Positions 10,492-21,301 are shown, numbered from the stretch's first letter. The stretch is 35,088 nt of DNA from Enoplolaimus lenunculus (GCA_030248215.1 JASANG010003338.1:434001-469088); one strand, 5' to 3'. Notes: generated from the sequence alone by a model not told the origin. Translations and numbers: made by a program.

Positions 10492-13400
10492 ATGGTAAGT
10501 AAAATTTGTGCAGCTAATATACCAGAGGTATAGGTTTTTAGTTCTGTGTTCGTGCAGCTGGGAATTGTCAGTCTAGGTGGGAACCGGGACAGCAGACCTT
10601 TCAACTAAGCAGCTGCAAAAGCGGGTTACGGGTGGTTTCGAACTAGCGACCTTCGGCGTGTCAGACAGACGCTGTTACCACTGCGCCACGTAGCCCGCCT
10701 TTCCAACTGCATTTTTCGTCGACTATATGTGTCGACCGTACAACGCAATGTGCATTGCATTTATTGCATATGCACTAGGACAAGCATGTCTCACATGCTT
10801 ACATGCCCTTATTTTCAATAAGGTCGTACCTTGACCGTCCATCCTATTTTCGACTGGATACCGTGTTCATAGCGCGGCAGGTTACCATTGCGCTCACGGC
10901 GTAGCCACCATGTCAGTCTAGGTAGGAACTGGAACATCGGACCTTTCTACTAAACAGCTGGAAAAGCATACTAGAGCGGGGATCGAACTCTCAGCCTATG
11001 GATCCTTAAGCGAACACTCTACCACTGCGCCACGTAACCCGCCTTTCCAACTGCGTTTTTGTCGACCGTATGCTGCCAGCAAGCATACAACATAATGTGC
11101 ATTGCATTTATTGCATATGCGCTAGGACAAGCATGTCATATGCTTGCAGAAATGAGGGGCGTGCTTGCGAGGTTTCGATCCCATGACCGCCGCCTCACTA
11201 TCAGCTGCTGAGTTTTTAGATTAATATGCCTTATAAGAACCTCAACATTACTCTGTACCTTGGTTCCACGGTGGCACCGAATATACGATTTGACCGAAAC
11301 CGAATCCATGGCTAATTTGCCGAATCCAAATCTTGCATGTTGCAAATTCCAGTTATGTATATCCTTATATCTATAATTTGTTTCAGAATATCAACGCAAT
11401 GCCATCCGCATAACTTTTAAACGTTAATATATTTCGGGCTGTGAGTATACGCGGTGTTGATGTGTATGTGCATAGAGTGGGTAATGTTAAGGCACATGCA
11501 TACTCGTGCACATATAGCACCAGAGGAAATTATTATATGGGCCGCGTGGTGTAATGGGTAGCATATTTGACTCGCGAGCGAGAGGTCCATATTACCAGTA
11601 CTTCAAAGAAAGGGGCGTCCAGACCGTGAAGTTCTGTCACGTGCCTGACCTCAGTTTTGAGATTTGCGACCTGCAACAATACTTTTATTAACATGTATAT
11701 AACAAGATATTTAAAATTTTTTATTTGTTTAAAACTGAAAAAATATATTGCCGAACATTGTAGGATTCGGCTTTTTCACAACCGACTCCGAATCCGAACC
11801 ACAAGTTTTTTCGAATCCGAACCTATGTTGCCACCCTGCTTAGTTTTTCATGTTTTACTGCTGTTGCATATGAATTCACTAAATATGCATCAGCGTTTTA
11901 ACCGATGTGCAGGTTCAGCACGAGGTTTTATTTGCCTCCATGCATCCGCATTCATCAACAATCCCGACGACCCCAAATATTAGATGGGCATGTGCTAAAA
12001 TTCATTGGCAGTGTAGTTTGTTGAAATTGTTAGGCTGCTGCCACAGACGTTACATTTGTTTCAACTTGCAGGTAATATACCTATACTTAGTTAACGGCTA
12101 CTACAACTACGTATATACGTTTATACGTACGTACATAAATAACTCGGTGTATATATAATCATAATTTATAAATTTAGCAATACATAAACGTCGGTTTTCA
12201 AGCACTATGGTAAGTTAAATGAAAATGTTATGTATTGAGCAAAGCGAAACTCCGAGCGAGCGAAACTCGGAACCGGAGTTTCGCGAAGCGTTTTAAATTT
12301 TGGTGCTCGGGGCTCGAAAGCTGGATGTCCGTCCGTCCGAAAAGAATCTCAGGAACCGCTGAACCGATTTTGATAAACTTTTTTTGTTTGAAAGTTTTTA
12401 TCCTGTGGTGTTAACCTCGCATTAGGGTTTGAAAACTTTAAGCCTTTTATTAGCTACAGGCTAATTTGCATAATTGGTTAAGCCTAAATGAGGACTTTTT
12501 ACTGTATATCACTAATTACTAGGATTACAAACAGGGTGCAACCGGAATTACAATTTACCGGAACCGGAATTTGAAAATTTTACCGGGACCGGAAAGTGAA
12601 AAATGCTTTTCACCAAAAATTTCATTTTAATCTTATTTTTTGCTCTATTATTTGTTAAACAACCTTAGTCGAACATAGGTATTTATTTTATTTGTTGTAT
12701 TTTAGATTTTCGTCGTCGACTAAAGTGAAATCACCATCAATGGCTTATATTCGAAGTACAAGTGTCTTTCAAAAGAGATTCTTAAAACGGCCAAATAATA
12801 CCGGAATTTTTAAATCCGGTAAAAATTTACCGGAACCGGAAGGTGAAAAAACGCCGGAACCGGAATTCCGGTTGCACCCTGATTACAAACAATCTAATTT
12901 TAGCAGCAAAGGGTTCCTGGGTTGGCTTCTCCACAGCTTGAAAATTTCCGCCGGGGGGTGGCGTTCCCTGTGGGGCAGCTGATTTTGCTGGGGGCAGTTC
13001 TCCTGGGGGACAGACTTAAAATTTTGCAAGCCGACTTTTTGGACCATTTTTTTTCATTCCATACTGCTTTTCCAACTCAACTGAAGATTACTCATCCCAC
13101 AAGATGACAAAAATTCCCCGCAAACGCTAATAACAATAATTTTAACTAATCTTACTGACAACTTAACCAGAAGTTGAAAGAAGCACAATTATATAAAATA
13201 TAGATAATCTATAATTGAAACTGTGATTGATATATATTTTATATATTAGTCACAGCTTCAGTTTATCATAAGGCTCAGGCGGGTTGAACTTGCTGCTGCA
13301 AGGTGCTTTATGCTGTATGCCCTGAAACAGTCTTTATATAATTGTGCTTTTTTCAGTTCATTATTGAATTGTATTAGTTACTAGGGGTATTTGTAAAGCT

Positions 13401-16000
13401 ATTAATAAATTATGAGTACTCAGCGTAATATAAAATCATGTTTTCCGAATGTTTATCAAAAGAAGTCCAGATCTTTCCGTTTTAACATTGAATATTTTTG
13501 GCCTAGAAAAGTCCTGGGGGGGCCCCACCAAAAACTTTGCTGAGGGGGCGGCCAAAAATTCGCCGGGGGCCTTTCCTGGGGGCGGCAAAATTTTCGCCGG
13601 GGGAAAATGAAAATTTCGAAAAGTGCTGGCCCCCCGCTGTGGAGAAGCCAGGTATGTATGTATAAATTCAGTTTTACTGATGGTTTAGCACCACAAGGCA
13701 TTTGATATGCCTATATATAGCAAATACAGTTTAATTTTTGAAGGCAAACAAGCATGCTAAAATATGTTAGTTTTTCACTTATCGTTTTAATTTGCACTTT
13801 TTGTATACGTACAGTTACAAAACATATGGGCACCAGTTTTATGTTTAACATTTAGGCTGGTGGCAAATCAGGAAAAGATACAGGAAAAGGAAAATCCAAA
13901 ACAAAAGCAATTACTCGCTCTGCTCGCGCTGGCTTGCAGTTCCCCGTTGGGCGTATTCATCGGTTTTTAAAAAGTCGTTCTACCTCTCACGGTCGTGTCG
14001 GTGCCACAGCAGCGGTATATACGGCTGCTATTCTGGAGTACTTGACCGCTGAAGTAAGTAATTACTGCGAGCGAGGTCAACCGCAACCCTGTATTTCTTA
14101 TCGTGCAGTTTTTATAATATACGTATATTTCACTATTATTTTTATTATTATTATATATACATATATATAGCTGATATTCTGGCGGTTCCGTTTCCAGGAG
14201 ATTCATGTAAAGTGGTTTTAGTTCCGGTTTGCAGCTTCAAGGCTTATGTTCTGGATCGATTGCCGCATTGTTCAAAAGAGTGGAGTTACCGAAAAAAGAA
14301 AGGCGAAATTTCCCGAAAATTTGTACAGTTCTCAATTGATTATTTTTTCTTGCTTTGTCGTATTGCATAAATATTACAGTTGAGTCCGGCTTTTCGCTTC
14401 AAGAAGTTCCGGTTTTTCACAACAAATCATTCCGGTTCCGGGTATTGCAAAAATACCGGTAATAAAATTAGCTTAGTGAATTGCCGATATGTACTTTTTG
14501 CACATAACAGCTATATAACTGGCTTCCCATATTATGATTCAGGTGTTGGAACTCGCAGGCAACGCCTCTAAAGATTTGAAAGTCAAACGAATAACGCCTC
14601 GGCATTTGCATTTAGCAATTCGCGGGGACGAGGAACTTGACACACTAATCAAGGCTACCATTGCTGGAGGAGGTAAGCCAGCCGTAAATTTAATCCATTT
14701 TGATTTTACCAGCGTTTTCCGGTATACATTGGTTATACGTGTTGTTAAGTTAGCACCGCAGCGTGTTGCCAGTATCCCAGTCCACGTTTGCCTCGATTCC
14801 GAACACTTACGTAAAAAATAATTGAGTACATATGTTCCGACTCTAAGAATTTAACGAAAACGAATCTATTCTGTACCTCTCGACAAGTTGAGCATAACTA
14901 TAGCAGTACAGTTTTAAAACGGATCGAAAGTTATGGCCCGCAAATTTCAGTGCAAACATTGCGGATTTGAAAGTATACCAAATTTTTCTTCTTTACAGGG
15001 AATTTTTTATCTGCTCTGAATTGCCGTTTCATACAATTAAACTAATAAATCGCTGCCAAACTTTATTTTTTACTTTTTTCACCTGGCTACTGTCCTCATC
15101 ACTGATGGGCGGTCTCGGTCTGCAAAACGAATAGACTGGAGAATTTTTAACATAGCGTAGACGTTATAAATGCGGATGGCACGTATTTTTTACACGATGT
15201 CATAAACGTTTTAACCGCGAAAATGCAACTATTTGCGCTTTGTCACAATAAAATCAAAGTGTTTTGTGTTTCCTTTCAAAAAATAGAATTTTGTGTAGCT
15301 GGAGCGGTCATTCTGTTTTTCAAATCGTATAACCAGCTAGTGTTGCTCCGCGATCGTTCGCTGTCTGTATTAGTTGGCGAAATGCGCAAGTACTTCGAGC
15401 CAAAGGTGCTATCCAAGGAAACTTTTCTGATTGCTTATTGTTTTTTACCTCCTTGGTTTCGGTTTGCAAACCAGCGAGACACAAAAAGTAAGACCGAGAT
15501 CAGCCACATTCCGGGAATTCCGAGACCGCCCATCCCTGAAAACAAGCATAACTTCTAAATAGACTAAAATTAATATATCCCGTACAAGTGTTATTGTAAA
15601 ATTGGTACCCCGAAATATGAACTACTGATAATAAAAACGGCCTCTAAGCCGTCTCAAAAATGCAAACATGTGTTTCTGACAGGGATTAGCGGTGGCGGTT
15701 AAAAACCGAGCCCTCACTACCTAGGCTGCCCGGGAGAAGTTTCGTTCTCAGTCAATCGTATTTCTTTTGTTTCTCGGTATTTAACCGAGATCGCCCATCC
15801 CTGGTTTTCGAAGCCTGCTGGATTCAGCTATTTCAAAATCGAATTTGGATATGCATCTTTAATTTTTGCCGAATCCGAACTTGCATACGTATTTCAGGAT
15901 CTATAGAATATTTAATTCTATTTTTATAGGTGTTATTCCACACATTCATCGATCTCTGATGGGGAAAAAGGGTGCACCAATACCACATCCCAAGGCCTAG
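10492..16000 (+). CDS. H2A.Z: Histone variant H2A.Z (HTZ-1-like), 133 aa, 4 coding exons
   Basis: Exons 10492-10494 (ATG|gtaagt), 13856-14053, 14543-14672, 15930-16000. Protein [133 protein letters not shown]. The ATG-only first coding exon is typical of animal H2A.Z genes; its exact position here is inferred from the strong donor. Confidence 0.96.
10566..11148 (-). mobile_element. Complete tRNA-containing TRIM-like LTR element, family B (583 bp)
   Basis: Two 238-bp LTRs (5'LTR 11148-10911, 3'LTR 10803-10566), minus-strand termini TG...gactgACA; 107-bp internal region starting with PBS TGGTGGCTACGCCGTGA and ending with purine-rich gaaaataagggca; flanks GGAAT/GAAAT (5-bp TSD, 1 mismatch). Each LTR holds A box TGGCGCAGTGG, B box AGTTCGA(A/T)(A/C)CC and a TTTT run. 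Confidence 0.88.
11267..11838. mobile_element. hAT-type MITE (same family as 29228-29613, opposite orientation), interrupted by a solo LTR
   Basis: TIRs cacggtggcacc / gttgccaccctg; flanks cttggttc / cttagttt (6/8); subterminal ccgaat repeats; collinear with the reverse complement of 29228-29613. Confidence 0.8.
11440..11639 (+). mobile_element. Solo LTR of tRNA-containing family A
   Basis: TGTgag...gttctgtCA with flanks CGGGC/CGTGC (5-bp TSD, 1 mismatch); contains gtgcacatatagcac..ggccgcgtggtgtaatgggtagc..gactcgcgagcgagaggtcc, homologous to 8509-8590; absent from the uninterrupted MITE copy at 29228-29613. Confidence 0.8.
12240..12916 (+). mobile_element. Non-autonomous Helitron/Helentron (DINE-1/HINE-like) element interrupted by a MITE
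   Basis: gcgaaactc..gagtttcgc short inverted repeat, GTCC microsatellite and aaccgctgaaccgattttgataaact core resemble DINE-1/HINE/Lep1-like elements; homologs at 1400-1703 and 4665-4820. Boundaries approximate. Confidence 0.5.
12532..12881. mobile_element. hAT-type MITE, 350 bp
   Basis: Perfect TIR cagggtgcaaccggaatt / aattccggttgcaccctg; perfect 8-bp TSD ATTACAAA; subterminal accgga repeats. Confidence 0.92.
12923..13650. mobile_element. Non-autonomous TIR element, 728 bp, superfamily unclear
   Basis: Perfect 15-bp TIR tggcttctccacagc / gctgtggagaagcca; GGT on both flanks (possible 3-bp TSD); G-run subterminal repeats (cgccgggg, cctggggg). Confidence 0.75.
15100..15803. mobile_element. Two degenerate MITEs of a CAGGGATGGGCGGTCTCGG terminal family (about 15100-15538 and 15680-15803)
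   Basis: gatgggcggtctcgg at 15104 is the inverse of ccgagaccgcccatccctg (ending 15538) and ccgagatcgcccatccctg (ending 15803); the second copy has flanks gtttctga / gttttcga. Confidence 0.55.
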
Positions 16001-16561
16001 ATCAAGCTACATCGTTAAAACCAGCGTATTGAGTTAATCGCGTCATGTACGCTTACTGTTGTCTTAATCTCTAATCATAGTGTTTTGCGTCGGTTTTTAT
16101 TTGTAAATGAACTTTGTACATATTGTTATTTCGATGAACATTTGTTTTACTGTTGTCCGGATTTTTGAATGCTATACTATTTGCAGGGTGGTTACGAACA
16201 TCGTAGTGGATATATAAACTATTGCATTTTATTGTGCAGATGGTCGGTTTTAGCATTTTTGCCCTTCCACTTTTTATTCTAATTCACCCGTCGGCATTAG
16301 CGACATAATATGTACAACTGAATTAAAACCGTAACTCAGGTACTATTTTTATGTAATTTTACCAGGTAATGTTTTTCGGTAGGATGTTGACCCTCACCGT
16401 TATGGATTTTCAACATGGTAGATTGCGCCAAGTGTTGCAGAGGCCCAGTAACACTCCTGTGTTTTGTGTTTTATTGTTCCATGTTTTATGGTTTTAATTT
16501 GTTGCTGCGAATGTTTTTGACATATTTTTGCGGCTCAGGGGTACCTATAGGACTTTACGAG

Positions 16562-16961
16562 AAGGGATGTGCCGATACAAAAATTTTTGCCGATACCTAT
16601 GCCGCTTCTTATTTTAAAATTTTGCCGATGCTGATTCCAACTTCAGTACACCATGCTTAATAAACAGATAGGATACTACATTATATCATATGAAGACTTA
16701 AACCCTACTCATCATAAACGATTATAATTTTAGACGAACGGTTCATTTCAATTAATTTTTTCAAAGACAAACACAAGAAAGATATCCGTTTTCCTGACCG
16801 GAAACATTGATGTTCGCCCAGAAATGAAATTGATAGCATTCAAACTGACTGTTATGTGCAAAAAGTATCGGCAAAACATCGGCAATTTTTTTGCAGTGCC
16901 GATGCCGATACTCACGAAAACTGCCGATGATTACCGATGCCGATTAATCGCCACATCCCTA
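16562..16961. mobile_element. hAT-type MITE, 400 bp
   Basis: TIR (a)agggatgtgccgat / atcgccacatcccta; flanks tttacgag / cttactag (6/8); many gccgat subterminal repeats. Confidence 0.8.
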
Positions 16962-17164
16962 CTTACTAGTAGAATTTATGAAAATCGATTTTGACTGTAA
17001 ACGATCAGAGAGGTACATAACAAGTTCGATGCTTTGTCTTAAGCAAAACCGAATAGGTAATTTGAATTTGCATCATGAAACTACTCAACTTAGCACTCAC
17101 TGTGAAAGCTGTGCTAGTGCATTTACCTGTTTAACGTTAGTATGCGATATTGGATACTTTCGAT

Positions 17165-17913
17165 CAGGGTTGTTGGCTGGAAAAAATTGTTTTTTTTTAT
17201 TTTTTTCCGAGGGGGTGGAAAAAAATGGAAAAATATTAAACGGATTCTTAAATATAATTTGCAACTAAATTTCTTATAAAATAACGTTTCTAGATGAGGT
17301 GTAACTAATTTTCACGCAACACATTAAGAGTGACCGTGTGCAATGTCCACCAGGACACATGTCCGAAAAGAGCGAAATTGCAGCATATGAATATATAAAT
17401 GGATTTCAGAATTGAAAATTTGACAATAGATTCAATGTAAAACTACATTTGCAACCTAGCTTCAACTTCGCTTTGCTCCAGAGGTTGCAGCAATTGAGAG
17501 ACTTTGATGTCAGAAAAAACCAAAAGTATTTCGAATTTTAAGGTCCCAAATTCCTCCAATGGGCTCAAAATGTTTTTGTCGAAAAATTATACAAATTATA
17601 TATTGTTAAATGTTTCGCAATCAGACGTCTGCCTAACGAGTCAGTGAAATATAATTTGTCCAACTTATTGAGAACAATTTGGCTCCCAGGTGGCTGAACT
17701 TGTGGCCCTAACAATCGAATTTTTCAAAAATTCAGATTTGGGCATGGAATGATCAGAGGATGTCACCAGAAGCTCAAATATGCAAAAACTATAAAATCCA
17801 AACATTTTGGGAAAACGTCGGGTAAGGGTGGGCTAACCGATCATTCAGACAAATAATAAATTTTTTCTGGGAACAAATAGAAAAAATTCATTTTTTTCCG
17901 GAAACCAACCCTG
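17165..17913. mobile_element. hAT-type non-autonomous element, 749 bp
   Basis: TIR cagggttg / caaccctg with extended imperfect match; perfect 8-bp TSD CTTTCGAT. Confidence 0.88.
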
Positions 17914-18017
17914 CTTTCGATCGTATCATGTGTAAGTAAAAAAAAGCGGAACCGGCAATTATGATTTCAGGCATACTGTGTACAAATAATTTCTTGATTT
18001 AATGGAAATTACACTTT

Positions 18018-18287
18018 GTTATTTCTTAATAAAAATGTTGGCATTTACCATTGCTGTAACCATTTAATTTGCTATGGTCTGCGACAAAACTTAGACGGTA
18101 GTTATCTAGCAGACAGATACTAGTGTCTTAATGTCTGAAATATATCGCCTAGTACTTTTTATCTCTAATTTGGTTATTTCTTAATAAAAATGTTGGCATT
18201 TACCATTGCTTAACAACTATTTGATTTGGTATAGTCTATGATGATATTTAGACTGTTCTTTAGCACACAGACGCGACCAGTGTCTTA
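18018..18287 (+). repeat. Degenerate tandem duplication, period about 155 bp
   Basis: gttatttcttaataaaaatgttggcatttaccattgct occurs at 18018 and 18173; both copies end in ..agtgtcttaa. Confidence 0.8.
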
Positions 18288-18500
18288 AAACATGTCGACC
18301 TTATTCGTAGAAGACCTTGTTAAAACTAGTATAATTCGAGATTTTCTTCTATTTGGCTAGGTACTGCCACTAGAGTACAACTTACTGGATTATACGGCAA
18401 TACCGGTATTGCAATTTCTTATACTTTTACAAAAATTGTATCTCCGTGCGTTTGACTACAGGTTTGGTACAATTTTGGGAGTCTAATTTAAAGACCTTAA

Positions 18501-20699
18501 CCCTCAACGGCCCGGCAAAATTTTCACCTTAATCAGCCCAACGGTCTACATATGTAGACAACACAACTAGCGTTAGTTTTGGCTTATCTCAGGGTGCTCT
18601 CCTTTAACTGGCTTGAGACAGTCAGAACTAGTGTTCTGGCGGAATTCCACCCGCTCCCCGTCCAGCCTCCCACTGCGGGCGCGTTGTCCAGTTAAGCACA
18701 GTCGTTGCACGTTATGGTGCGATTCATGTGGTCCTTGCACACTCGTTTTCCACATGACGAACAGCTCAATCTCGTAGATTTGCGACAACTTGTGACCTGA
18801 CATTTGGTCGGTTTACCAGATGTAGAAGGTTCGTTTCGCTTTTGAGGCAGCCCGTAAGCCATAAATGAATCCTTTGATTTTGCGTAAATTTTTCACTACT
18901 GTAAGGTTTGGTCATATTGTCTTGCGCTAGTTGTTCGGCTACTTTTTTCATGAAAACATTGCGTGACTTTTGATATCCGTTCAGTTTCATGACAATGAAT
19001 GCGTTGTGCAACGCAATATCAATCATATTGAAAAAGCAGACTAGAGGATAACGATTCGTTTTGCGTTTGCAGGTAAAATCATCAATGCAAGAGTCCATTA
19101 CATCAACCCCGCCTTTTCCCAAATTATAATCCAAGATAACTGCTGGTTTTTTGTCCTCTCTGCTGGTGCAAACTTCGTTTTTCACATGAACTGAACTTAG
19201 TAATAGCACATTTTTATTTTTCTTTGGACAATAAGACGCAAACATTATGCAGTTATTGTGGTCCCATAAAAATCGGGTGCTATAGACCTCTTGTTCTTTT
19301 GTTGACTTTAGCACCGGAGGTACGCTGCGGCGATTTGCCATTATTGTGCCTGTGCACGTTAGCCCACTTTGTAATAGGTCCACAGCCAATTCATGGGATG
19401 TGAAATAGCGGTCCATGAAAATGTTTCGCTGAGTGTTACAGTATGGTTGAATAAGATCCATTACGATGCGTTTAGCAAGCCCTACGGCCCGTTCGCCTTC
19501 ACGCCCTGTATAAATATTTCTTTTTAGGGCATATCCATTCCGAGCATCGCAAAGCCAGAATATTTTTACGCCGTACTTAGCAGGTTTCGCCGGCATGTAC
19601 GCTCGCTCCGGTGCATATCCTCTATACCCGTAGAGCTGTTCATCTACTGTAAGTGATTCGGACGGTATATAATGAAGACGTAAGTTGGACTGAAATAGGT
19701 CCCAAACATCTCGTATAGCAGCCATTTTGTCACTTTTTTGACGCTCCCGGCGAGTCAGTTTGTTGTCGAATGTTACATTTTCCAGCAACTGTTTCATTCT
19801 GTTTTTTGACAGCGCGCAGCGGTAAAAGGGCCTGCTGTCGTTTTTGGTGAATAGTGAAGCCACTGGAGACATGTTATCGCGATCTGCACCAGCTCTGATT
19901 ACCACCCCAAGCCAAGCTTTCAGCTCGCACATTGGTAGCGTTGAAAAATTGCGCGCCCGCAGTCGCCTACTAGTGAGTCGCTGAATTGTATGTAAAATGG
20001 GCTCGTTTATATAAAGATAAAATGCTTGTGACTCTGTTGTAGGGTTTACTGCAGTGCCTTCGCGAAAGCGAATTATATTTCTAGCTAACACACGGACAGG
20101 CGGTGTTGTAGAATGCCACTCAACTCCCGTCGCTGACAAAAACACATTACTTCCACTAGAAGTCTCGTCCATATCGCTCAACTCACTACTAGATGCGTCC
20201 GATTGTTTTTGTAATTCACCATCACTATCTTGCTCATAAATAGCAGCCTCTTCACTACTGCATTGACCTAACTCAACTGATTCTGAGTCGTCATTTGAAC
20301 TATTGTCGTCCGGTTTGTCATCTTCTGTCTCTGAATCACTTGGTTCTAATACACGTCGTACGACCTCAGTCAAAGATAATTTATGCAAACCTGACATTTC
20401 CCTGACTTTACCTCACCATACAAAACCGTGTGTAAGAACAAAACGTTCCAATTCTTGTCAAAACTCAAACTATGATCAAATCAACATCTGTCTACATATG
20501 TAGACGGTCGGGTTATATAGGTATATGACTCACTGTACAGCAAACTTTTGTTCCCACAATGCTATAAGTTCTTTATACTACTATAACAGAATAATTATCG
20601 ATGGAAATTAAACAATAGATTCTTAACTATAGCACCTGCCGAACAATCAATTGTCGAACTGGTTATGTCTACATATGTAGACTGTCGGGCCATTGAGGG
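18501..20699 (-). mobile_element. Full-length piggyBac DNA transposon (2199 bp)
   Basis: TTAA at 18497-18500 and 20700-20703; 17-bp TIR ccctcaacggcccggca / tgtcgggccattgaggg (2 mismatches); internal 16-bp palindrome GTCTACATATGTAGAC at 18544, 20490 and 20667; encodes a transposase. Confidence 0.96.
18692..20397 (-). pseudogene. piggyBac transposase (DDE_Tnp_1_7 family) with a single frameshift near 18890
   Basis: The 543-aa ORF has TVDEQL, KPAKYGVKIF, FMDRYFTS and YNLGKGGVDVMD motifs. The C-terminal Cys-rich domain (KCQVTSCRKSTRLSCSSCGKRVCKDHMNRTITCNDCA*, stop at 18694-18692) is in the -1 frame. Confidence 0.92.
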
Positions 20700-20855
20700 T
20701 TAAACCAAGGTTTTTAACGCAGTTGAATAAAATGTTAATTCTCTTCAATAAGCTAAATTTTAGTGCAGCTTCACCAGTCCGCAGTCTTCAAAGCATACAA
20801 TTTAGATCAATGGTGACTTTCGCATAACATAATTGACTGTGAAATGTCTGGAGTA

Positions 20856-21301
20856 CAGGGAACAACCATCGGTCCGACTCCGGCAGAAAATCGAAGTCCG
20901 GTTCTAGTACAACTAGCCGGAGGCTCCAACAATTTCGGTAGTAAAATTATGTGTATGCTTATGCAACTTCGGAGCGTCTCGTTTTAACTTGCTACAAGAG
21001 GAATTACCGAAGGTTTCGACCATGTCGGTGAAATAGTTTTACGTAATTTTACGTGGTGTCTTTTGGCACAATTTTGAGTAAATTGGAAGGTGAAAATACC
21101 GGAGCCGAAATCAACGAAAGTTGACGGAGGTAAGGCGAAATTAAGTAGTAAAAATGATGGTTAATTAGTTCAAGACGCGCAAACAGATAAATTTAGGAAA
21201 ATTATGCAAAATTTTACTACCGGAACCTCCGGCAAAAATTTTACCGGAGATGGAGGTCGATTTTCCGCCGGAGCCGGAGGCAGATCTCCGGTTGTACCCT
21301 G
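20856..21301. mobile_element. MITE (CAGGG..CAACC terminal family), degenerate
   Basis: cagggaacaacc / ggttgtaccctg plus inner inverted match ctccggcagaaaatcga / tcgattttccgccggag; no clear TSD. Confidence 0.65.

Larger units (their letters stand above)
10507..11960 (-). mobile_element. Old family C LTR split into three pieces by nested insertions (about 10507-10565, 11149-11266, 11839-11960)
   Basis: The pieces join into a sequence collinear with the 330-bp LTR at 33831-34160 (gtttttagttct..cagctg|gaaatgaggg..cgccgcctcac..tgccttataagaacctcaacatta..tggttc|..catgttttactgctg..ctccatgcatccgcat). Confidence 0.75.

Noticed and set aside
10893..10910. Self-priming: PBS TGGTGGCTACG matches the GGCTACG acceptor stem of the element's own LTR tRNA-like unit
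   Set aside because: The match does not extend into the T-stem, and this PBS aligns with the family C PBS, which fits a host tRNA-Arg-type 3' end; decay of a shared PBS is the simpler explanation.
16001..16330. Histone 3' stem-loop after H2A.Z
   Set aside because: No GGYYYTTYTHARRRCC-type hairpin seen; an intron-containing, replication-independent variant is expected to be polyadenylated.
18880..18900. Programmed -1 frameshift to express the piggyBac Cys-rich domain
   Set aside because: In the ORF frame the site reads GAA AAA TTT, not a canonical X XXY YYZ heptamer, and piggyBac transposases are single-ORF proteins; an indel is more likely.
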